From contig CAYOFQ010000001.1 of NCBI GenBank assembly GCA_964403585.1, positions 76,456 to 140,455 on the forward strand: a DNA stretch of 64,000 nt, written 5' to 3'. How positions within the stretch are numbered: position 1 is the stretch's first letter; each line of letters starts with the position of its first letter. A model generated the notes under the pieces. That model searched no databases, was not told where the DNA came from, and saw only the letters and a list, made by a program, of their open reading frames with translations. A program made the translations under genes and the position numbers. Of this stretch, positions 1-9,532 are shown one piece after another. The DNA is from an uncultured Gammaproteobacteria bacterium (GTDB taxonomy: Bacteria > Patescibacteriota > Microgenomatia > JALYQM01).

Positions 1-155
1 GCGTATTTGTTAAAATCGATGACAAGGTTGAAGGATTAATCCATTCATCCAAAATTACCGATCCAAATGAATACACTCCGGGTAAAGAGATCGAAGTGGT
101 TATTGAATCAATGAATGCCGAGTCCAAGAGAATTGCGCTCGCACCAACAGCATAA
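1..155 (+). CDS. S1 RNA-binding domain protein, C-terminal fragment (runs off the window start)
   Basis: Frame 3 reads ...VFVKIDDKVEGLIHSSKITDPNEYTPGKEIEVVIESMNAESKRIALAPTA* with TAA at 153-155. The pattern matches an S1 OB-fold C-terminus. Confidence 0.45.
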   Translation, partial: VFVKIDDKVEGLIHSSKITDPNEYTPGKEIEVVIESMNAESKRIALAPTA

Positions 156-171
156 GAGGTTTATGCAAATC

Positions 172-232
172 ATGACGAAAATCATGAGATTTTCGTCATC
201 ATCAAGAGACAGAGTAATCTGTCTCTTTTGGT
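172..232 (+). terminator. Two consecutive hairpins downstream of the S1-domain gene
   Basis: The first is a 12-bp inverted repeat atgacgaaaatc/gattttcgtcat. The second is an 8-bp stem agagacag...ctgtctct followed by TTT. Confidence 0.5.
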
Positions 233-271
233 ATATCTGCACTTTCGTATTTTATATGGTATAGTATTCAT

Positions 272-1648
272 ATGCCCAGATTAAAAACAGTCTATATCTG
301 TCAAAAATGCGAATACCAGTCACCGCAATGGTTAGGTAAGTGCCCTAACTGTAATGCCTGGAGCTCGTTCATTGAATCGGTCGAGATGGCCAAGTCGTCC
401 ACATCCAGCACTTCTAAGCGCGCTCAGCCGCTGCTCAATCTTGCTGCCACCGATATTGAACCAATCAGTCTGGTCGACGTTGCTAAAAAAGAATTTCACC
501 GGGTGGCTACCACGCTCACCGAGTTTGACCGCGTCTTAGGTGGTGGAGTCGTCCCTGGATCAGTCGTTCTAATCGGCGGCGAGCCCGGTATCGGGAAATC
601 AACCATCTTACTGCAAATCAGCATGATTATGGCCGCGCAGGCAGTCGATAAAGTGTATTATGTCAGTGGCGAAGAGTCGCCGCAGCAAATTAAAATGCGC
701 GCCGAACGGATCGGCGATATCCCTGAAAACCTGATTATTTATCCGCAGACAGATATTGATGGAGTACTGGAATATCTCAATAAAGAAATTATCTCCACTA
801 AAAACGAAAAATCTAAAAATACACACAATTCTTTAGTGATCGTCGATTCGGTACAAACCGTCTCAACAGGAGATTTGGAAAGTCCCCAGGGCTCGGTCAG
901 TCAGGTCAAAGAAGTTGTTTCACGCTTAGTCCGGTTTGCCAAACAAACGCATACCCCGGTATTTATAGTTGGCCACATTACTAAGGACGGGACACTTGCT
1001 GGACCAAAAGTACTGGAGCATCTGGTCGACACGGTTATATACCTGGAAGGTGAACGCTATCACGACTTACGCCTCATGCGTGCCGCAAAGAACCGCTTTG
1101 GCTCTTCAGACGAAATCGGCGTATTTCAAATGACTGAAACCGGACTTAAAGAAATTACTAACCCGTCAGGTATCTTTTTGGAAGAACGAACTACCGCCCC
1201 TGGTGCCGTGGCGTTACCCGCCCTTGAGGGCTCACGTCCGGTAATCCTTGAAGTCCAGGCCCTCGTTACCAAATCATTTCTCGCCATTCCACGCCGCACC
1301 GCCTCCGGCTTCGATATCAACCGCCTGCAAATGCTAATTGCGGTACTCACCAAACGTCTGAATCTCCAGTTATTTGATCAGGATATCTACGTTAATGTAG
1401 TGGGAGGACTAAAATTAACTGAGCCTGCCGCCGATCTCGCTGTTTGCCTGGCTATGATCTCATCTTTTACTAATAAAACACTCTCTCAAACTATGGTTGC
1501 TTTTGGCGAAGTAGGGCTGCAGGGGGAGATACGGAGAGTTACAAAACAAGACAAACGGCTGGAAGAGGCTAAGAAACTGGGGTTCGATCAATTCATATAC
1601 CCGGAAAACGTTAAAAGTATCACCGAAGTAACCAGGATGTTAAAATAG
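272..1648 (+). CDS. radA: DNA repair protein RadA/Sms
   Basis: N-terminal C4 zinc finger (CQKCEYQSPQWLGKCPNCNAW), Walker A GEPGIGKST, and a Lon-like C-terminal domain. An extended -10 (tggtatagt) lies upstream. Confidence 0.95.
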   Translation: MPRLKTVYICQKCEYQSPQWLGKCPNCNAWSSFIESVEMAKSSTSSTSKRAQPLLNLAATDIEPISLVDVAKKEFHRVATTLTEFDRVLGGGVVPGSVVLIGGEPGIGKSTILLQISMIMAAQAVDKVYYVSGEESPQQIKMRAERIGDIPENLIIYPQTDIDGVLEYLNKEIISTKNEKSKNTHNSLVIVDSVQTVSTGDLESPQGSVSQVKEVVSRLVRFAKQTHTPVFIVGHITKDGTLAGPKVLEHLVDTVIYLEGERYHDLRLMRAAKNRFGSSDEIGVFQMTETGLKEITNPSGIFLEERTTAPGAVALPALEGSRPVILEVQALVTKSFLAIPRRTASGFDINRLQMLIAVLTKRLNLQLFDQDIYVNVVGGLKLTEPAADLAVCLAMISSFTNKTLSQTMVAFGEVGLQGEIRRVTKQDKRLEEAKKLGFDQFIYPENVKSITEVTRMLK

Positions 1649-1959
1649 AGTAATTCGAGTACTGCCTCTTCCCATTAATAGCACACCTGTAATATAATAA
1701 TTTTAGGCTTTATCCCGGAGAGAGAAATCTCTTCAAATGAACCATTGCCGGTTCACGTTCTTTTATCTTTACCTTATTAAGAGGTAATCAGGACTTATCC
1801 CATACTGGAGAGAGATATTCCTCTCCAGTATGTATTACAAGTGAAAGTAAGGAAACAGGCATTCTCCTGTTCAATCGACATGCGGTAACCGTATCTGCGG
1901 TGCTACATAAAAGTACAAATAGTTATCCTGCCACCGGGATAATCCTGATTAAATAATAA

Positions 1960-2913
1960 GTGGTTTTTCAATACATTCTTCGGCTCTTTCTTGGAACAAT
2001 GTTTGGTATCCTTGGATATTTCTTATCCTATACCTATCTTCCACACGTTAAAGTATTCTTTGTACCGGATTTCTACCAGTTTCTCATCACACTGAGTTGT
2101 ACCGTCTATGGGTTCTTTGCGTTGCCATTTGCGTTTATTACCTACCAGCGCATGCTCATCGGATGGTTATTTAATTTCGTCCGCTCAATCATCGGTGATA
2201 CACTCCAGGACTTCTACATGCGCTTATCAGAGGAATTTAATAATGATCAGGCCACGGGTCGCCGTCGCCGGGAAGTTAAAGAAAAAAAATCCGAAGCTCT
2301 GGCAAATCCAATGATTTTAGACACCTCCGCTATAATTGACGGCCGTATCGGCGAAATAATCAAAACCGGTTTCCTGACCGGGACATTGGTTATTCCGCAG
2401 TTTGTTGTTCAGGAGCTCCAGTTTATCGCCGATAGTCCTGATGTCCTTAAAAGAGGCCGTGGTCGTAAAGGCCTGGAACTTTTAAATCAAATGAAAAAAT
2501 TGAAACCGCAAAAAGATAAAATTGGAGTTAAAGTTGTGACCAATGATTATGAGAAAATCAAAAAAGTTGACGACAAGCTAATACGGTTAGCCAAAACATT
2601 AAAAGGCGCAATTGTCACCACAGATTTTAATTTAAATAAAGCCGCCGCCTTCCAGAATATCCGCATCCTCAATGTTAACGATCTTACCAATGCGGTAAAA
2701 ACAGTTACGCTTCCTGGTGAAGAAATGGATATCAAAGTAATTCAGGAAGGTAAAGAAAAGAATCAGGGTGTCGGATATCTCGACGACGGTACTATGGTTG
2801 TTGTCGAAAATGCCCAGGGTATGGTCGGGCAAACCGTCAAAGTATCTGTTGCCCGCGTACTGCAAACTGCCGCCGGAAAGATGATCTTCACTGAAGCCAA
2901 AAAAGCAATCTAA
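1960..2913 (+). CDS. PIN/TRAM domain membrane protein (YacL-like)
   Basis: N-terminal TM helices, a PIN-like core (ILDTSAIIDGRI...VIPQFVVQELQ), and a C-terminal TRAM-like beta region. YacL is commonly found next to radA. Confidence 0.7.
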   Translation: MVFQYILRLFLGTMFGILGYFLSYTYLPHVKVFFVPDFYQFLITLSCTVYGFFALPFAFITYQRMLIGWLFNFVRSIIGDTLQDFYMRLSEEFNNDQATGRRRREVKEKKSEALANPMILDTSAIIDGRIGEIIKTGFLTGTLVIPQFVVQELQFIADSPDVLKRGRGRKGLELLNQMKKLKPQKDKIGVKVVTNDYEKIKKVDDKLIRLAKTLKGAIVTTDFNLNKAAAFQNIRILNVNDLTNAVKTVTLPGEEMDIKVIQEGKEKNQGVGYLDDGTMVVVENAQGMVGQTVKVSVARVLQTAAGKMIFTEAKKAI

Positions 2914-2972
2914 TACCCGATCACAATTTGAACTTGTGTTTATTCACTAAAGGGTACTAAAATAGACGGACG

Positions 2973-3929
2973 ATGAATAGTGAATCTGGAAATGGGAAGA
3001 TCTGGCTCGTACTCGTAATCCTAATCATTATTATTCCTGCCGCCATCTGGTATGTCCAGGAAAAAGACAGCCCGTCTGAAACCTTAAATAATCCGCATAT
3101 CGAAACAACCATAGCCTCGCCGCGTATACGCGCCAACAAGGTCGCGCTAAAACAGTTGGATATCACCGCATTGGATCAAAAAATCGACAAGGTCATCGCC
3201 GAACAAACGCCTGAAGGTAATAACTGGATGTTCGGGGTTGCCATAACCGACCCGCTGACAAATCAAAAATACGGCAAAAATGAAACTGAAGTTTTCGATG
3301 CGGCTTCCACAGGTAAAATCCCGATCCTTGCTTCACTGTATGATCAAATTAAATCTAAAAAAATTAACGAAGAGGAAACGATCACCATCACATCCGCAGA
3401 TGTCCAGGATTATGGTACAGGTTCCATCAGATATCAAAAAATGCCCAAGACCTACACAGTAAAGGAACTTGCCGAACTAATGATCAAGCAAAGCGACAAC
3501 ACTGCCGCCTATGTTTTAGCTACTAAAGCGGGAAGAAAAAATATTGCTCAATATGTAAAAGATCTGGGTATGGACACCACTGATACTGCCGAAAATACAA
3601 CCACCCCGTATGACATCAACCTGATGCTCGAACATATATTTAAAATGAAAGAGACTGACCCGACCACCGCCGGAACTTTGGTTAAAATGATGACCGACTC
3701 AATCTTTGAAAACCGCCTGCCGGCACTATTGCCGGAAGAAACAATTGTGGCTCACAAAATCGGGACCGGTACTGCCCAGATTCACGATGTCGGTATAGTA
3801 CTTTTAGACAAAAGACCGTACATCATCTCCGTCTTCACCAAACGCGTCAACGACGAAAAGACAGCTGAGAAAACCATTGCCGAAATCTCTAAAGAAGTGT
3901 ATGAGGAATTCCGGGCCCTTGAGCAGTAA
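2973..3929 (+). CDS. Class A beta-lactamase-like serine hydrolase with N-terminal membrane anchor
   Basis: S-x-x-K (ASTGK), SDN (QSDNTAAY) and KTG (KIGTGT) motifs appear in class-A order. An N-terminal hydrophobic segment is present. Confidence 0.7.
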   Translation: MNSESGNGKIWLVLVILIIIIPAAIWYVQEKDSPSETLNNPHIETTIASPRIRANKVALKQLDITALDQKIDKVIAEQTPEGNNWMFGVAITDPLTNQKYGKNETEVFDAASTGKIPILASLYDQIKSKKINEEETITITSADVQDYGTGSIRYQKMPKTYTVKELAELMIKQSDNTAAYVLATKAGRKNIAQYVKDLGMDTTDTAENTTTPYDINLMLEHIFKMKETDPTTAGTLVKMMTDSIFENRLPALLPEETIVAHKIGTGTAQIHDVGIVLLDKRPYIISVFTKRVNDEKTAEKTIAEISKEVYEEFRALEQ

Positions 3930-4097
3930 TCTAGCCTTTTAATATATCCACAAAAAGTTATCCACAATAGAAATTTACATAAAATTTTAAGTTATCCACA
4001 AAGAAGATTTCAGCTATAAATTAACATAAACAACAAAGTTAGAAACGATAAATAATTATAGGTTATGAAAAATATAAGGGGATAACGCACTATAGGA

Positions 4098-4126
4098 TTG
4101 ACAAATATTGACAAATGATATATAAT
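4098..4126 (+). promoter_or_regulatory. Sigma70-type promoter (TTGACA-17-TATAAT)
   Basis: ttgaca at 4098-4103, a 17-nt spacer, and tataat at 4121-4126. It is preceded by ctatagg, which resembles the motif upstream of the 23.5 kb promoter. Confidence 0.5.
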
Positions 4127-4163
4127 ACTTTCGTTAATTCGAATTAGCTCAATTTGAGGCTAT

Positions 4164-4313
4164 ATGATACGTTTAAAGCAGATATTCGCCAGGTTCGGTA
4201 AAGAAGCAACCAGAGGAGCCAAGAGAACACCGGACGCGGTAACACCGTTTATGCATGAACAAATGAAGCGAGTGTTGCAACAGAACTATCAGAGAATTAT
4301 TACAAATAAGTAA
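4164..4313 (+). CDS. Small basic protein, 49 aa (not in the ORF track)
   Basis: ATG at 4164 with GAGG 5-9 nt upstream. Translation is MIRLKQIFARFGKEATRGAKRTPDAVTPFMHEQMKRVLQQNYQRIITNK*. It lies downstream of the 4098 promoter. Confidence 0.3.
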   Translation: MIRLKQIFARFGKEATRGAKRTPDAVTPFMHEQMKRVLQQNYQRIITNK

Positions 4314-4571
4314 GCATAAAAAAAAGCATTACCACCGCTAGAAAAAATATAAGTCCTACGAGTGGCAATGCCTTTATAATTCCAGTAGTTAACCTCCAGG
4401 CAGCGGAGACTAACTAATGTACGTTTACAATAGTATATAGGAAAAATTGCGTCAACCCGATAGGTGCACCCGAAGTATAACCCAAAGATAGCACCCGAAG
4501 CAATTTCATCTACTTATTCGTGGGCTGGATGTCCGAACACGGAGCGTTTTTTCCTGAGCTGGTTTTTATCA

Positions 4572-4633
4572 GTTTATCTCTTTAATCGAGGGCAGGGGTA
4601 GGGCAGGCCTTTGCTCTCGATTAAAGAGATAAA
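4572..4633. repeat. Perfect 18-bp inverted repeat with a 25-nt G-rich loop
   Basis: gtttatctctttaatcgag at 4572-4590 pairs with ctcgattaaagagataaa at 4616-4633. The loop is ggcaggggtagggcaggcctttgct. Confidence 0.6.
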
Positions 4634-4784
4634 AAAAGATTAAGGACGGGCTCTGGGAAAAACGCTTCATCACGTTCATAGTCTGGCCTACGGACAAGTA
4701 GAGGAACCTGTTACTACTTGTATCTCCCATATATAAATCTTACAGCTCAATAGCAGGAAATTCTTATTACAATAGAATCTTCAT

Positions 4785-4813
4785 TTGACGCCTCTCATAC
4801 AAATAGTTATAAT
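4785..4813 (+). promoter_or_regulatory. Sigma70-type promoter for the LPXTG surface protein gene
   Basis: ttgacg at 4785-4790, a 17-nt spacer, and tataat at 4808-4813. Confidence 0.55.
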
Positions 4814-4874
4814 ACTACTATCACATAAAAATATAAGTAGTATAGAAACGAAAAAATGAAAGGGCAGCTGTACT

Positions 4875-7658
4875 ATGCGCATTACTAAACTTCAGAAGTT
4901 AAAGAATGTTCTCCGTAAATCTTCAGTTATTATTTTAACCTTTGGACTACTGCTCTCATCCTATGGAACCTATCTATCTACCGCATCAAATGTGTATGCG
5001 GACTGGTTCGAACCGGACTGTGCACCACCAAACGGTACCGGCACAACTCTAGATCAAATCGTCAGCGCCGGCGCTCGTCGGGTAGGATTTATGGGAACCG
5101 GATACCGGGTTAAAAACTGCAGCCATACCGATAAACAAATTGGTGCAAAAATAATGTGGGGTATCTGTAAGAATCGTACCGAGTCCTGTGCATTAACCAA
5201 CGTTACAACTGTTAATCCGATCACCTTAAAAGCCGGTGAATACTATACCTTCTATGCGCCCGATGTAAACTTTAGTTGCGGTTCGGGAAGAACGGCTGTT
5301 GTTCCGGATGGAATGCAGGCTGAGGGGTTCTACACTATCGCAGACAAAGATTGCCCTGATGACGGGAATAATCCATCGCCTACGCCAACCGCTACCGCCG
5401 CACCAACCGCGACACCAAATAACGATCCCAATATGTGTCAAAGCTTAAATGTATCTTCCGGATCGATCGCCCCGGGTGGATCGGTAACGTTGACAGCTAC
5501 AGCTAACACCAACCAAATCAAGCGATTCACCTATGGCTTCTATAATCTTAATAACCTCTACGGACCAAACAATCCGAAGCCAATCCAATACCAGCAGGGC
5601 GTTAATTATGCAGTCAATCGCGACGTATCTCCATCCAACACTAATTCAATTACTGTAAACTATGCCGATCTTCATCGTGCAGATTATAACGCCGGTGGTG
5701 CAATTCCAACGCGCGTCCAGGTCAACGCCTTCTTCACCAATACTAATAATGTCTTTTCCAGTCCGGCGGCCGGATGCGTTACATATATTAATGTAGTTGC
5801 GCCAACACCTACGGTAGCTCCAACAACGACACCAACCCCCACACCGGTTCCAACCGTCACACCGACTCCAACACCCGTAGCTACTCCTACCTGCGCACCG
5901 GGTATCGATTGCGGCAATGACGGCTCACCAACGCCTACTGCACAACCTTCTCGCACACCATCACCGACTCCAACACCGACAACGCCACCGATTGGCGGAC
6001 CATCAACAACACCGTCACCAACACCGACTGCAGTTCCAACAGCTGTTCCTTCTGCAACGCCGCCGGTATCAATAACGCCGACCCCAACTCCGAGTGTGAT
6101 CCCGACCACAACGCAGTTAAAGTTCTGCAAATACGAAGACGATAACGCCAACGGTTTAATAGATTCCGGAGAAAATATTATTTCCTGGACCTTTAACTAT
6201 TCAATGAATGGTCAGTCAAACTCTGTGGACAGCCACTGGTGGGAATTCTGGAAGCAGGGATGTGCCATTGTTGACGTTCCCACAGGCACCAGCATCACTG
6301 TCAGTGAAGCAGCTAAATCCGGCTGGAGACCAACCGCAATGTACGCTGATGGCGCGCGCATCGACGGTACAACATATAATTACACATCAGATGCAGACAG
6401 CGTCAAAGTTATGTGGTTCCTCAATACCTTCACACCGGACAACACACCTGTTCCAACACCAAGTATCTTGCCAACCACCACACCGAGTACTTCACCAACA
6501 ACTTCGCCAACCCCAACAGTCACACCGTCAGGCAGCCCAACTGCATCACCTACCAGCGGTCCGACCACAACACCGTCGCCAACACCGACCGTTACACCTA
6601 CTGCCACACCAACAGTAACACCAACGGCCTCGCCGACAGCCAGCCCGTCACCAAGCGGTAGTCCGGGAGCAGTGACGCAGCTAAAAGTATGTAAATACAA
6701 CGACGAAAATAACGACGGAGTAGTGAACAACGGCGAAGGAACCATGGGCTGGAATTTTGAATACACCATAGATAACACTACCACCACCATTAGCCGCAGC
6801 GCCTGGGACATGCTGGTTCACCAGGGATGTGTTATCAGCGACGTACCGGCCAATAAATCCGTTCATGTACGCGAGCAGGGTAGAACCGATTGGTCACAAA
6901 CAGCTCTGTATGCCGATGGTGCTCGAGTCGACGGAACTGAATACACCTATACTTCTTCCACCGACGCAATAAAAGTGCTCTGGTTCTTAAATCACAATAC
7001 ACCGGGTACAACCCCATCACCAAGCCCAACAGCTAGTGTAACACCAACGGCCAGCCCGACTGCCAGCCCAACGGCCTCTCCCACAGTAAGCCCGACAGCC
7101 TCACCAACTGCAACTCCAACAGTTGCCAACTCCAACTACAATATAACGATTGAAAAACGGGTCGACGGCACCAGAGTTGATGGCGACCACGTCGGAATTC
7201 AGTATCGGGTAAAGATTAAGAACAACGGAACCAGCCGGGTAGATAGTCTCGAAGTTCGGGACACCTTACCCCCGGACTTTACCTATGATGCCAATACTAC
7301 CGAGGGTAATATCACCACCAATCCGGATATTCAGGATGTCACCGGCGACGATAACCGGCGCTTAGTCTGGCGCAATATCGCCTTAGATGGGGGACAGGAA
7401 ATCAATTTTGGCTATCGCACTACCGGCAAACGAACTGATACAAATTTCTGTAACGATGCTCAGGTTCGCCGCAACGATAACATTATCTCTACCTCACAAG
7501 CCTGTACACGAATCAACCAGGCAGGACAGACAGCCGTCTTAGCCGCAACCACTACCGCCACACTCCCGGCCACCGGCTCCAGCCCTTGGTTATACGGCGG
7601 AATCCTGCTCATGCTCACCGCCGGCTTAGGTTGGAGATTAAGCCGACACGCGGAGTAA
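4875..7658 (+). CDS. LPXTG-anchored cell-surface protein with Pro/Thr-rich linkers, two tandem ~130-aa beta-sandwich-like repeats and a DUF11-like domain
   Basis: N-terminal signal peptide and long PT linkers. Two homologous repeats each start QLK(F/V)CKY(E/N)D(D/E)N.DG. A DUF11-like segment (NYNITIEKRVDGT...) follows. The C-terminus is LPATG, then a hydrophobic stretch, then RLSRHAE, a classic sortase sorting signal. Confidence 0.85.
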   Translation: MRITKLQKLKNVLRKSSVIILTFGLLLSSYGTYLSTASNVYADWFEPDCAPPNGTGTTLDQIVSAGARRVGFMGTGYRVKNCSHTDKQIGAKIMWGICKNRTESCALTNVTTVNPITLKAGEYYTFYAPDVNFSCGSGRTAVVPDGMQAEGFYTIADKDCPDDGNNPSPTPTATAAPTATPNNDPNMCQSLNVSSGSIAPGGSVTLTATANTNQIKRFTYGFYNLNNLYGPNNPKPIQYQQGVNYAVNRDVSPSNTNSITVNYADLHRADYNAGGAIPTRVQVNAFFTNTNNVFSSPAAGCVTYINVVAPTPTVAPTTTPTPTPVPTVTPTPTPVATPTCAPGIDCGNDGSPTPTAQPSRTPSPTPTPTTPPIGGPSTTPSPTPTAVPTAVPSATPPVSITPTPTPSVIPTTTQLKFCKYEDDNANGLIDSGENIISWTFNYSMNGQSNSVDSHWWEFWKQGCAIVDVPTGTSITVSEAAKSGWRPTAMYADGARIDGTTYNYTSDADSVKVMWFLNTFTPDNTPVPTPSILPTTTPSTSPTTSPTPTVTPSGSPTASPTSGPTTTPSPTPTVTPTATPTVTPTASPTASPSPSGSPGAVTQLKVCKYNDENNDGVVNNGEGTMGWNFEYTIDNTTTTISRSAWDMLVHQGCVISDVPANKSVHVREQGRTDWSQTALYADGARVDGTEYTYTSSTDAIKVLWFLNHNTPGTTPSPSPTASVTPTASPTASPTASPTVSPTASPTATPTVANSNYNITIEKRVDGTRVDGDHVGIQYRVKIKNNGTSRVDSLEVRDTLPPDFTYDANTTEGNITTNPDIQDVTGDDNRRLVWRNIALDGGQEINFGYRTTGKRTDTNFCNDAQVRRNDNIISTSQACTRINQAGQTAVLAATTTATLPATGSSPWLYGGILLMLTAGLGWRLSRHAE

Positions 7659-7685
7659 AAAATATAGTTAGTGCAGATCATATCG

Positions 7686-7717
7686 TAAGGGCATCTGGAA
7701 AGGTGCCCTTTATTTAT
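7686..7717 (+). terminator. Rho-independent terminator
   Basis: aagggca stem, tctggaaagg loop, tgccctt stem, then tatttat. Confidence 0.6.
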
Positions 7718-8125
7718 GATGAACCAAGCAACTACCTGAGCATCCGCAGCGAGTAAAAGATGAGAAGATAAGAGCGAAATTTATTCGGCTTTGTGTAGCC
7801 GAACTTCCGCCCTGGATAGTTGCTAAGATGCCTACACGCTCGAGGTCCGGTAACCATTAAGGAAATTGAAACTGGAGCTTGTGAGGCAAGCAAAACGAAT
7901 AAATGAGCGACACTACCCCAAACTCACTCTTGACACATTCAATTGAATCTGTGAAAATAAAGAGGAAAATAATCATCCATAGATTTTCCCTCACAAAAAC
8001 GTTAATCGCTATTTATGTCACATCTTCGTAAAAATAATCATGACAAACATTCATACTAAAAAGTAATAATTAATAATATAAGTAAATAGAAAGGTCTTCG
8101 CGGCTATACGTCGCATATTACTCCT

Positions 8126-9517
8126 ATGTCAGATGACAGCAAAACATACTTCGAACCAATAATCACTCCAGAAGAAGCCGCCGCCCCAACCCCCGAAACA
8201 GACGGCGCAGAAGTGACCCAAACCACAAACAGAAGAAATTATACCCGCCATTCAGATAAATCTGACCGCGGAGCATCATCCCGGGGAACAGGTAGCCGCA
8301 AAAGATACTCCTCCTATTCCAATCAGAACAACAACGACCAGCAGGGGCAAAACCCGCCGGTAGGTAACCAGGCTCAGGCCGGGGATAATTACTATATACC
8401 GGACATGGCCGGCGAGACCTTACCAATTAAAGGTATTTTAGACATTGCCCAGGAAGGTCACGGATATTTACGTCCAAAGTTCTCACCATCGAACCAGGAT
8501 ATTTACATTTCACAATCACAAATCCGCCGCTTTGGCTTACGCCCGGGAGACATGGTCACCGGCATCGCTCGTCCACCTAAAGAACGTGAACGGTATTATG
8601 GACTCCTTGAAGTCAAAGAAGTAAACGAGCGCCCGGTTGAAGAAAACATGGGCCGCCGCACACGGTTTGAAGATTTAACTGCTATTTACCCCAACACCCG
8701 AATCCAACTTGAACACGGCAAATTCCCGTTGTCCTGCCGCATTATCGACCTCACCGCACCAATTGGTAAGGGACAACGCGGTATGATCGTCTCACCGCCA
8801 AAAGCCGGTAAAACTACCATCATGAAGGATATTGCTTCAGGTATTACTGCCAATCATCCCGAAATTCATCTGATCGCCGCACTCATTGGCGAGCGACCTG
8901 AAGAAGTCACCGACATCTCCCGTTCAGTCAAAGGTGAAGTAATCGCCTCTAATTTTGACGAGCCGGCCGAAGACCAGTGCCGGGTCGCTGAAGTCGCTTT
9001 GGATCGCGCCAAGCGCTTAGTTGAAATGGGGAAGGATGTTGTAATTCTCCTTGATTCCATCACCCGCTTAGCCCGCGCCTACAACCTTTCGGTACCACCA
9101 TCAGGGCGTACATTATCCGGAGGTTTTGACCCGGCTGCGTTATATCCGCCCAAGAAATTCTTTGGTGCTGCTCGTAACTGTGAAGAAGGTGGATCTCTCA
9201 CTATCATCGCTACCGCCCTCATAGATACAGGTTCCCGCATGGACGACCTTATCTATGAAGAATTCAAAGGTACCGGTAACATGGAATTACACCTTGATCG
9301 CAAACTCGCCGAACGCCGCATTTACCCTGCCATCGATCCAGAACGCTCAGGCACCCGCCGCGAAGAATTACTCTTCGACGACGAAACCTACAAGGCTATT
9401 GTTACCTTAGGTCGCATGTTATCCATGCTCAACGATTCTGAACGTACCGAAGTATTGGTAGATCGGCTTATCAAGACCAATTCCAACAAGGAATTCCTTG
9501 AAACCATGAAACAATAA
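8126..9517 (+). CDS. rho: Transcription termination factor Rho, with an N-terminal low-complexity insertion
   Basis: Walker A GKGQRGMIVSPPKAGKTT, a Rho RNA-binding (CSD-like) domain, and a Q/N/S-rich N-terminal extension. Confidence 0.95.
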   Translation: MSDDSKTYFEPIITPEEAAAPTPETDGAEVTQTTNRRNYTRHSDKSDRGASSRGTGSRKRYSSYSNQNNNDQQGQNPPVGNQAQAGDNYYIPDMAGETLPIKGILDIAQEGHGYLRPKFSPSNQDIYISQSQIRRFGLRPGDMVTGIARPPKERERYYGLLEVKEVNERPVEENMGRRTRFEDLTAIYPNTRIQLEHGKFPLSCRIIDLTAPIGKGQRGMIVSPPKAGKTTIMKDIASGITANHPEIHLIAALIGERPEEVTDISRSVKGEVIASNFDEPAEDQCRVAEVALDRAKRLVEMGKDVVILLDSITRLARAYNLSVPPSGRTLSGGFDPAALYPPKKFFGAARNCEEGGSLTIIATALIDTGSRMDDLIYEEFKGTGNMELHLDRKLAERRIYPAIDPERSGTRREELLFDDETYKAIVTLGRMLSMLNDSERTEVLVDRLIKTNSNKEFLETMKQ

Positions 9518-9532
9518 CGGTATCATCCAAAC

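Noticed and set aside
5684-6811. Minus-strand ORFs 5684-6151 and 6380-6811, and + strand 6208-6618, inside the LPXTG gene
   Set aside because: These are Gly/Val-rich antisense or alternative-frame readings of the Pro/Thr-linker coding sequence. They are spurious.
5800-7140. Short nucleotide repeats (acaccgac, ccaacacc) that look CRISPR-like
   Set aside because: They are in-frame PT-rich low-complexity coding repeats. There are no regular spacers, no consistent repeat length, and no cas genes.
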